Positions 47,330 to 54,115 of a stretch of DNA of 54,115 nucleotides are shown in pieces. Both the position numbers and the translations under genes were made by a program. The notes under the pieces are model-generated. The model made no database searches, was not told the origin of the DNA, and worked only from the letters and a program-made list of their open reading frames with translations. This stretch comes from Rubrivivax sp. GTDB taxonomy: Bacteria; Pseudomonadota; Gammaproteobacteria; Burkholderiales; Burkholderiaceae_C. The stretch lies in NCBI GenBank assembly GCA_049318345.1, contig JBMOGN010000001.1, positions 1 to 54,115 of the forward strand. The letters run 5' to 3'. The stretch's first letter is position 1. Each line of letters opens with the position of its first letter.

Positions 47330-47443
47330 TCAGCCGCGCGGAGACTTCGAGTCGTACTTGCGGTTGCTGCGCGAGAACTGCTTGAACAGCCAGAAAGCGA
47401 AGACGATCACCCAGGCGACGAACAGGATCTGATAGACCTTCAT
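47330..47443 (-). CDS. 37-aa single-pass membrane peptide downstream of pucC (absent from the ORF track)
   Basis: MKVYQILFVAWVIVFAFWLFKQFSRSNRKYDSKSPRG*; GGAG Shine-Dalgarno; starts 3 nt after the pucC stop; almost all codons end in G or C. Confidence 0.7.
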   Translation of the reverse strand: MKVYQILFVAWVIVFAFWLFKQFSRSNRKYDSKSPRG

Positions 47444-47446
47444 GGT

Positions 47447-48907
47447 TCACTCCACAGCTTCGGAGGGTTGCAGGGCCGGCCACTGGATCGGCCGCAGGCG
47501 GCCGAAGGTCAGTGTGCGCATGACGAGGCAGGTGGCTGCCAGCAGCAGCACCTCGACGAGGTACACGGCAGCATAGCCGGTCCCGGGCTGGGCCAGCGAG
47601 TTGCCAAGATATCCCTGAGTGGCCAGCGCGCCCATCAGGTCGCGCCCGAGCCCGCCCAGCGCCACGGCGGCGCCGGCTGCAGTGGCCTGCACTGCACCCC
47701 ATGCGCCCAGGGCCAGGCCGACGTGTTCCTTCGGCGCGCCGTTCATCGTGAGGGTGAGCGTGCCGTGGCTGAAGACGCCACCGCCCAGGCCGATGAGCAT
47801 CACGGCCGCAGCAAACAGCGGCACCGACGCTGCGAGCGACGCGCACACCACCGCCAGGAACGCCAGGACGCCGAGAGCCGCACCAGCCGCGGACATTCCG
47901 GCCGGATCGGCGCCTCGTGCGAGCACGCGGGAGGCCAGGCCGAAGCCGATCAGCCCGCCCAGCGCCATGGCGGCGGTCAGCCAGGTGGTGGCGCCCACCG
48001 ACATGCCCAGCACTTCGCCCCCATAGGGCTCCAGCAGCACGTCCTGCATGGCGAAGCCCATGGTGCCCAAAGCGACGGCAACGAGCCGGCGACGGGCCTC
48101 GGCGCCGCGTGTGTAGGCGCTCCAGGCCTGGCGGAAGTCCGGGTCTGCCCCGGTGCCGGCCTGCTTCCTGGATCGCGAGGCGTTGCGCGGCTCCTGCTTC
48201 CACATCGACACCGTGTTGAGCACGAGCGTGGCCACGGCACAGGCCTGTATGACCTGCACCAGGCGTCCGGGCGTGAACTCGCTCAGGAACCAGCCGAAGG
48301 CCAGCGCGCTGCCCAGGGTGCCCAGCAGCAGCGACACGTACATCAGGCCGACTACCCGAGGATGAGACTCGCGCGGCGCGAGGTCGGTGGCCAGCGCCAG
48401 GCCGGCGGTCTGGGCGGTGTGCACGCCTGCGCCCACGAGCAGGAAGGCGATGCCCGCGCCCATCTGCCCGATCCAGGCGGGCCAGTGGCTGGCATCGCCC
48501 CGGCCGGCGAGCACGAGCAGGGTGAAGGGCATCAGGGCCAGGCCGCCGAACTGCAGCAGCGTGCCCATCCAGATGAAGGGAACCCGGCGCCAGCCCAGGG
48601 CCGAGCGGTGGTGGTCGGAGCGAAATCCGATGAGCGCGCGCATGGGCGCCCACAGCACGGGCAGCGCGATCATCACGGCCACGAGCCCGGCGGGCACGCC
48701 CAGCTCGACGATCATGACGCGGTTCAGGGCCCCGACGAGAAGCGCCAGCGCCATGCCGACGGAGACCTGGAAAAGCGACAGGCGAAGCAACCTGGCCAGC
48801 GGCAATTCTGGGCTGGCGGCATCTGCAAAGGGCAGGAAGCGCGGGCCGAGGCTGACCCAGCGGGAAACGAGGTCCCGACTCAGGCGGCTCACGAGGCTAC
48901 CCTGCAC
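47447..48907 (-). CDS. pucC: LH2 assembly protein PucC
   Basis: LPFADAASPELPLARLLRLSLFQV, QDVLLEPYGG and GAWGAVQA motifs; downstream of pucBA; start uncertain. Confidence 0.92.
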   Translation of the reverse strand: MQGSLVSRLSRDLVSRWVSLGPRFLPFADAASPELPLARLLRLSLFQVSVGMALALLVGALNRVMIVELGVPAGLVAVMIALPVLWAPMRALIGFRSDHHRSALGWRRVPFIWMGTLLQFGGLALMPFTLLVLAGRGDASHWPAWIGQMGAGIAFLLVGAGVHTAQTAGLALATDLAPRESHPRVVGLMYVSLLLGTLGSALAFGWFLSEFTPGRLVQVIQACAVATLVLNTVSMWKQEPRNASRSRKQAGTGADPDFRQAWSAYTRGAEARRRLVAVALGTMGFAMQDVLLEPYGGEVLGMSVGATTWLTAAMALGGLIGFGLASRVLARGADPAGMSAAGAALGVLAFLAVVCASLAASVPLFAAAVMLIGLGGGVFSHGTLTLTMNGAPKEHVGLALGAWGAVQATAAGAAVALGGLGRDLMGALATQGYLGNSLAQPGTGYAAVYLVEVLLLAATCLVMRTLTFGRLRPIQWPALQPSEAVE

Positions 48908-49082
48908 CCGCGGCGCTGCGGCGGGCGTATCTGCAAGCGGTCGGCGGGTTCATGCCAACGCTTTCATGAGAAGAAGGGCAGGGGCGGCAGCCGGACGCAC
49001 ACCCCGGCGCGCGCCAACCCGGACCGGGCCACAGCCCGCCGAAGCTGGCGCACGCCGGCGGCGCGCCAGGCGCCGCGAGCGC

Positions 49083-49283
49083 CTATTTCTTTCCTGCGGT
49101 GTCTGCTGCCGCGGGCATTGCGGCAGCCACGGCGGCCGGCGGGCCGTTGAGGAAGCGCTTCACCCAGGTGGTGTTCGTCAGCAGGGCCACATGGACCGAG
49201 AACGAGCCGACGGCAACCGCGCCGAGGAACAGGGGAATGCCGACCGTGGGCTTCACGACCAGCCAGAGCTTTCCGTAGATCAT
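49083..49283 (-). CDS. pucA: LH2 alpha apoprotein
   Basis: GKLWLVVKPTVGIPLFLG N-terminal motif, His31 and Trp40; Ala-rich C-terminal tail. Confidence 0.93.
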   Translation of the reverse strand: MIYGKLWLVVKPTVGIPLFLGAVAVGSFSVHVALLTNTTWVKRFLNGPPAAVAAAMPAAADTAGKK

Positions 49284-49302
49284 GTCTGGGTCTCCTTCCG
49301 GT

Positions 49303-49467
49303 TCACTTCAGCCACGGGGAGTAGATGTAAGCGAACAAGTGAGCCAGAGCCGCGATGAATCCGAAGATCTGCGTGCCCTGGATCAGATGGCGATGAATTT
49401 CTTCCGATTGTTCCTCGGTGAGGCCGGTAGGCCACACCTTGTCGGAACCACTGTCACTGTCTGCCAT
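49303..49467 (-). CDS. pucB: LH2 beta apoprotein
   Basis: KVWPTGLT, EEIH, AH and PWL motifs; GGAGG Shine-Dalgarno before ATG 49467. Confidence 0.93.
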   Translation of the reverse strand: MADSDSGSDKVWPTGLTEEQSEEIHRHLIQGTQIFGFIAALAHLFAYIYSPWLK

Positions 49468-49548
49468 GGGTCCTCCTAAGGGAGCTTCAAAACGCGTGCG
49501 CAACCCGCACGTGGGTCCTGCTGTCGACAAAAACCCTCATCGACAAAG

Positions 49549-49592
49549 TGTAATGTGACCAATACGTTCACGAATGTCAATTCAAAAGGACA
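49549..49592 (-). promoter_or_regulatory. Tandem PpsR boxes over the pucB promoter
   Basis: TGTaatgtgaccaatACG (49549-49566), 8-bp gap, TGTcaattcaaaaggACA (49575-49592); minus-strand TTGACA at 49575-49580. Confidence 0.75.
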
Positions 49593-49632
49593 GTACTTTC
49601 CCGTAGTTCGATGCGTCCGCGGCACACCCTGC

Positions 49633-50910
49633 TCAGCCGCGCCTGGGCATCCGCCAGGGCAGCAGAGCCTGCACCAGGGGCGAAGCGAAACGGCGCGCGT
49701 CCAGGGTCTCGTGCATGGCGACCACCTCCTCGCCGCACAGTTGCGCCTGCACCATCGAGCGCGCGTAGAAGGGGGTGTCCTCGAGCGTGCGCAGCACGCG
49801 GGCCGCCTGTGGCGCGATGGCGTGCCCGTCGTGCGGCTCGTCCGCGCCAGCGGCTTGCGGGTCGGCGGGGCCGGGAGCACGCAGGTGTCGCCCGATGCGC
49901 CAGCCCGTGGGGGCCAGGCCGATGCGCGGACCGAGTTGCACCGCCTGCTGGCTGCCGTCGGGCAGGAAGCGTGTGGCGATGAGCCGCTCGGCGCGGCCTT
50001 CGCGCTGGCGGATGTCGTAGGCCACGACGCAGCTGCCGTCGCTCAGCGGTGCGCGCATCCAGTCCCAGGTGGTGAAGGGTTCGCTGATGGGCTCGTCGCC
50101 CTCGTTGCTGTCCAGGTAGGCGTGGCCCTCCCAGTCGAGCCCGGGCGCGTCCAGGTGCACCTGCACGCGCGCGCAAGGGGCGATGGGCCCCCAGCGGTGG
50201 CGTCCGGCATCGTCCAGGCCGGCGACGAAGGTGCTCAGCGCCTCGGTGCGCACGCGCACCGTCCCGCGCACGCGCCGCGGCAGCGGGTTGGCGACCTCGT
50301 CGATGAGGATGGTCAACTCCCCATCGTCCCAGTGCAACGCGCTCGGGCCGATCCGGAACTCCCTGGTCGAGCGGCGCACATGGCGTGCGCCCCGTTCGGT
50401 CATCGTCCAGCGCGAGCGCCCTGGGCTGTACAGGCACACGTTCAGGGCGCAGTGCTCCTGCGCCACGGCCCGGCCCTGCTGCCACGCGCGCCGGTAGTAC
50501 GGCGAGAAGACGCTACCGACGAAGGCGATGAGGGTCAGGGCGTGCCGGCCGTCGTCGCTGATGGCATCGACGTACCACCAGAGATAAGCACCCGGCTCGA
50601 CCGGCGCGTCGAATCGAGGCGAGCCATCAGCGTGGCGGCCGCCAGCCGTCCGGACATCGCCGCCATCGGGACGCCCGGCCCCGGGTGCACGCTGCCCCCC
50701 GCCAGGTACAGCCCCGGCACCGGCGTGGCCGCCTCCGGCCGCCTGAACAGGGCCATCCAGCCGTGCGTCGCCGCTCCGTAGAGCGCTCCCCCGCTGCTCG
50801 GGAAGAGCCTGTGGAACGCCGCCGGCGTGCGGCGCACTATCCGCAACCGCTGTGACAGGTCCACCTGCAGGCCGCAGTCCTCCAGCAGCTTCCAGCATCG
50901 TTTCTCGCAT
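49633..50910 (-). CDS. crtC: Carotenoid 1,2-hydratase (start uncertain, overlaps crtD)
   Basis: YLWWYVDAISDDG, FVGSVFSPYY, HRWGPIAP, AYLDSNEGDEP and LEDTPFYARS motifs. Confidence 0.9.
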   Translation of the reverse strand: MRETMLEAAGGLRPAGGPVTAVADSAPHAGGVPQALPEQRGSALRSGDARLDGPVQAAGGGHAGAGAVPGGGQRAPGAGRPDGGDVRTAGGRHADGSPRFDAPVEPGAYLWWYVDAISDDGRHALTLIAFVGSVFSPYYRRAWQQGRAVAQEHCALNVCLYSPGRSRWTMTERGARHVRRSTREFRIGPSALHWDDGELTILIDEVANPLPRRVRGTVRVRTEALSTFVAGLDDAGRHRWGPIAPCARVQVHLDAPGLDWEGHAYLDSNEGDEPISEPFTTWDWMRAPLSDGSCVVAYDIRQREGRAERLIATRFLPDGSQQAVQLGPRIGLAPTGWRIGRHLRAPGPADPQAAGADEPHDGHAIAPQAARVLRTLEDTPFYARSMVQAQLCGEEVVAMHETLDARRFASPLVQALLPWRMPRRG

Positions 50911-52127
50911 GCCTCGGTCTCCGCATCCTCGAAATCCCGCTCGTCACCGTCGGCCGGTGCGTTGACGAGCATGAGCATCCGCTCGGGGCCTGTGGGGCCG
51001 GCCGAGTCGTCCAGGCGGTCCTGCGCGCACAGGTACACGGTGCCGCGACGCGGCAGCCGCCGGTGCCTGAAGATGTCCTCGAACTCGCTGGCGTAGTCCT
51101 CGTCGAAGAAGACGTTGTGGCGTGCCAGCGGGAATCCCTGCGTGTGTGCCCGCATCGCCCAGGTGACGGCCGACAGCGAGCGCGCGCGCGGCGGCACCGG
51201 GCGCGGCGCAGCGGGCCGCGCCGGATCGTCGAGCAGGCCGGCCAGCGCGCTCGCATCGCCGTTGAACACCACCGAATCGGCCGGCAGGACCTCGCCCGAG
51301 GCCAGGCGCACGCCGCGTACTCGGGCCTCGCGCACTTCGATGCCGGCGCAGCGCTCCCCGTATCGCACCTGCCCCGCCTTGCTGCGGACCAGGGCCTCCA
51401 GGGCGCGCGCCAGTGCCGCCATGCCCCCTTGCACCGCCCAGACGCCCTCCTGCTCCACGTGGGCCACGAGCATGAGCGTGGCCGGGGCCAGCCCGGGTGA
51501 CGCGCCGCAGTAGGTCGAGTAGCGGCCGAAGAGCTGCTGCAGGCGGGGATCGGTGAAGCGGCGCGACAGCGCCCCGGACAGCGTCGCAAAAGGCCCGAGG
51601 CCGGCCAGGGTGGCCAGCCCGGAGGGCCCCAGGTCGGCGACCATCTGCAGGAAGTTCGGACGCGCCGATCGGATGTGCGGGCCTTCCAGCCGCCGGTACA
51701 CGCGCGCGGCTTCGTCGCAGAAGGCCAGGTAGCGCCTGCCCTCGGCAGGCGTGGAGAACGCGGCAATGGCCTCGGCACTGGCCTGCCGGTCGGCCAGCAG
51801 GTCCAGCCGTGCCCCGTCTGCGCGCCAGGCATGGCGCGCCAGCACCGACAAGGGTTGCAGCGGCGGAAGGGCCGCCTTCACCGAGCTGCCCACCTCCTGG
51901 AGTAGTTCGTCGAAGACCCAGCGCATCGTGAACACGGTCGGGCCGGCATCCACCGGCAAGCCGTCGATCTCGATGGGTCGCATCTTGCCGCCGGGGCCGT
52001 CGGCTGCCTCCACCACCGTCACCTGCAGCCCGCGCGCGGCCAGCAGCAGCGCCGAGACGAGCCCGGCGATGCCCGCGCCGATCACCACGACGCGGTGTTC
52101 AGCCGGCGGCAGGCAGCGGGCAGGCAT
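50535..52127 (-). CDS. crtD: 1-hydroxycarotenoid 3,4-desaturase
   Basis: VIGAGIAGL, DAGPTVFTMRWVF, QLFGRYSTYCG and AGGSVHPGPGVPMA motifs. Confidence 0.94.
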   Translation of the reverse strand: MPARCLPPAEHRVVVIGAGIAGLVSALLLAARGLQVTVVEAADGPGGKMRPIEIDGLPVDAGPTVFTMRWVFDELLQEVGSSVKAALPPLQPLSVLARHAWRADGARLDLLADRQASAEAIAAFSTPAEGRRYLAFCDEAARVYRRLEGPHIRSARPNFLQMVADLGPSGLATLAGLGPFATLSGALSRRFTDPRLQQLFGRYSTYCGASPGLAPATLMLVAHVEQEGVWAVQGGMAALARALEALVRSKAGQVRYGERCAGIEVREARVRGVRLASGEVLPADSVVFNGDASALAGLLDDPARPAAPRPVPPRARSLSAVTWAMRAHTQGFPLARHNVFFDEDYASEFEDIFRHRRLPRRGTVYLCAQDRLDDSAGPTGPERMLMLVNAPADGDERDFEDAETEACEKRCWKLLEDCGLQVDLSQRLRIVRRTPAAFHRLFPSSGGALYGAATHGWMALFRRPEAATPVPGLYLAGGSVHPGPGVPMAAMSGRLAAATLMARLDSTRRSSRVLISGGTSMPSATTAGTP

Positions 52128-52830
52128 CGTCAAGGGCCTGGCCGTGCCAGGCTCCTCGCAGGGTGACCGGACGGAAGCGGACAAACATCCACTCACTGAA
52201 GAAGCCCTGCTGCCAGGACGCCTGGATGGCACGCTGGTGGGAGCCGTGCCGGGCGTAGGCGTCCATGGCGGCGGTGCTGTCCCACAGGCTGAAGGTGGCC
52301 TGGCGCACCAGCGGGGCCTCGCCCAGGCCGACTGCCAGCCGGCAGCCCGGCGCGGCAGCCAGCTCGGCCTCGGCAGGCGGGGAGTGTCGCCAGAACTCGA
52401 GCGCCCGAGACGGCCTGATCGCCGCGCGGGTCAGCGCGGCCACGGGCGCGCCGGGGTCGGCACTCGCGTCGGCTGCCATGCGGTGCCCGGCCCAGCTGCC
52501 GCGCGCGGAGGTGGCTTGCAGGACGACGCTGAACTGCTCGATGGCGCGGCGGCCGTAAGCCTGCGCGGCGCGCGAATGGGCGGTGAAGTGCTGTGCCTGC
52601 TCCAGCGTGTCGAAGAGCGCGAACACGCCCTGGCAGTCCAGGCCCGGACGCAGCCCGAACCCGCCGCCCTGGCCGCTGCCCAGGACCCTCGCAAAGCGCA
52701 TGCCCGGCACCGCGCCCAGGCCGGTTGCGCCGCGTGCCAGGCGCCACAGGGCCCACGGCACCGCCGTCGGGCGCAGGCGGAACATCAGGAGCGCCGCCAC
52801 GCCCGGGTCATCGCCCCCGAGCGTCGACAC
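52099..52830 (-). CDS. crtA: Spheroidene monooxygenase
   Basis: LGSGQGGGFG, ARGSWAG, LTRAAIR, GLGEAPLVRQATFSLW and FFSEWMFVRF motifs; GTG start inferred. Confidence 0.9.
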   Translation of the reverse strand: MSTLGGDDPGVAALLMFRLRPTAVPWALWRLARGATGLGAVPGMRFARVLGSGQGGGFGLRPGLDCQGVFALFDTLEQAQHFTAHSRAAQAYGRRAIEQFSVVLQATSARGSWAGHRMAADASADPGAPVAALTRAAIRPSRALEFWRHSPPAEAELAAAPGCRLAVGLGEAPLVRQATFSLWDSTAAMDAYARHGSHQRAIQASWQQGFFSEWMFVRFRPVTLRGAWHGQALDDACPLPAAG

Positions 52831-52835
52831 GGTGC

Positions 52836-53930
52836 CTACTTCTGTGCGGGCTTGCCTGCCGCAGCCACCTTCGTGGGCGGGGCCTTGGCGTCGGCAGCCG
52901 CGCTGGCGGTGGCCTCCGGCGGCGCAGCCTGGAGCCCGGCGTACAGCTTGGCCTGCTGCAAGCCGGCCAGCGGCTTGTTCACGCCCTGGTGGCAGGTGGC
53001 GCAATAGACCTTCGCCACGTCGCCCGTGGGCCCGAGCCGGTTGGGCGGGAAGGTGGCGGTCAGCGGCACCATGTAGTCGTTGTTCATCTCGCGTGCCATG
53101 CGGATGCCATGCCAGGCCGTGACCCGCTTGGGGATCCACTGGGAGAAGGCCTGCGAGTTGTGGCAGAAGGTGCAGTTCACCCCGAGGCCCTCGCTCATGT
53201 GCATCATCAGCGCATAGGACTTCTCCGCCGTCTGGATCGGCGCACGCGGCAGCTCCTTCTGAGGCAGGGCGCCGGGGCTGTAGACCCGGATCTCGTCCTT
53301 GCCAACCAGGTACGAGGAATACGGGTCGTAGGGCAGGGAGGTGAGTGCCACGGCGCCGATGGCCTTGTTCTGGCCGAAGTCGTTGCCGATGAAGGTGCTG
53401 GCGTTCATCTTCGGCGTGTCTGCCTTGAACCACACGCGCGCCGGCACGGGCTGCCCACGGTGGCAGGTGTAGCAGGTCACGCCCGTTTCGGCCACGTGCT
53501 GCTTCCAGTTGCCGTTGAGGTTGCGCGTCATCTCGATCATGCGCCGCGCCACCACCTTCGTGTACTTGGAATCCTCGGCCAGGTTGGCCGGGTTGTGGCA
53601 GTAGGTGCAGCCTTCGTTGGGGGCGATCCACTGCGTGATGGCAGTCATGTGCCGCACGAAGTCGGCCACCGGGAGGTCGCCGAGCACCTTTACGTTCTGG
53701 TAGATGTCCTTCGCGCGTGGGCCGGGCCCGTCAGGCGGGGCGGGCAGGTCCATCGGTACGGGTGGCAGTTCGGCCTGCCGCGCGGCTGCCGTGCGGGGGT
53801 TGACCGTCTGCTGCATGGCCGTGCCGCGAAAGCCCTGCTGGGTGGTCTGCATCGGCGGGCGCTCGCAGCCGGCCAGCAGCAAGGCGGCCAGGCCGATGGT
53901 CAGGACGGCTCGCAAGGTGTGCGCTCTCAT
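52836..53930 (-). CDS. pufC: Reaction-centre tetraheme cytochrome c subunit
   Basis: Lipobox LAGC-ERPP; four CxxCH motifs (CTYCH, CYTCH, CTFCH, CATCH). Confidence 0.96.
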   Translation of the reverse strand: MRAHTLRAVLTIGLAALLLAGCERPPMQTTQQGFRGTAMQQTVNPRTAAARQAELPPVPMDLPAPPDGPGPRAKDIYQNVKVLGDLPVADFVRHMTAITQWIAPNEGCTYCHNPANLAEDSKYTKVVARRMIEMTRNLNGNWKQHVAETGVTCYTCHRGQPVPARVWFKADTPKMNASTFIGNDFGQNKAIGAVALTSLPYDPYSSYLVGKDEIRVYSPGALPQKELPRAPIQTAEKSYALMMHMSEGLGVNCTFCHNSQAFSQWIPKRVTAWHGIRMAREMNNDYMVPLTATFPPNRLGPTGDVAKVYCATCHQGVNKPLAGLQQAKLYAGLQAAPPEATASAAADAKAPPTKVAAAGKPAQK

Positions 53931-54115
53931 GGCTTGACTCCCTGGAGGGTGGCCGGGTCGATGGCGGTGCCTAGCACCGCCGGGTAGGAGGGCGCCACGC
54001 CGTGCTTGACGGCCCACAGGTACCAGTTGTCCACGACGGTGCCGGTGAGCAGGATGCCGATGCCGCCGGCCAGCGGGCACAGCACCGCGAACCACCAGGC
54101 CCAGCGGTGGATGGA
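53927..54115 (-). CDS. pufM: Reaction centre M subunit, C-terminal part (truncated by window edge)
   Basis: [12 protein letters not shown]...[23 protein letters not shown]; stop overlaps the pufC start. Confidence 0.96.
   Translation of the reverse strand, partial: SIHRWAWWFAVLCPLAGGIGILLTGTVVDNWYLWAVKHGVAPSYPAVLGTAIDPATLQGVKP

Overview
This very GC-rich window looks like a Burkholderiales betaproteobacterium, Rubrivivax-like on gene content, and has three parts. (1) 1-15600 is housekeeping: hisA'-hisF-rsmD-coaD-ferredoxin, pth, rplY, prs, tRNA-Gln, ispE, lolB, a TPR protein, mutM-mutY, a LON-domain protein, rapZ, recN, nadK, hrcA and tRNA-Ile2. (2) 15685-21714 is an accessory block: an S9 peptidase, a flavin-reductase-like protein, a TctC/Bug binding protein with a sigma54-type promoter, a PuuE-like deacetylase and a beta-hydroxyacid dehydrogenase. 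(3) 21689-54115 is most of an anoxygenic photosynthesis gene cluster (PGC): bchP-BCD transporter-bchG-ppsR-aerR/ppaA, diverging from bchFNBHLM-lhaA-puhABC-acsF-puhE-crtIB, which converges on pucCAB-crtCDA-pufC-pufM'. The strongest candidate for something new is an intact BphP1-type bacteriophytochrome homologue at the PGC edge. It has lost the bilin-binding residues and the PHY tongue but keeps the output module that binds PpsR in known BphP1 proteins, so it may be a light-blind PpsR regulator. Also notable are an LH2 with blue-shift (LH3-like) substitutions and an unannotated 37-aa membrane peptide at the end of the puc operon. All family assignments come from motif recognition by eye and remembered reference sequences; no database search was run.
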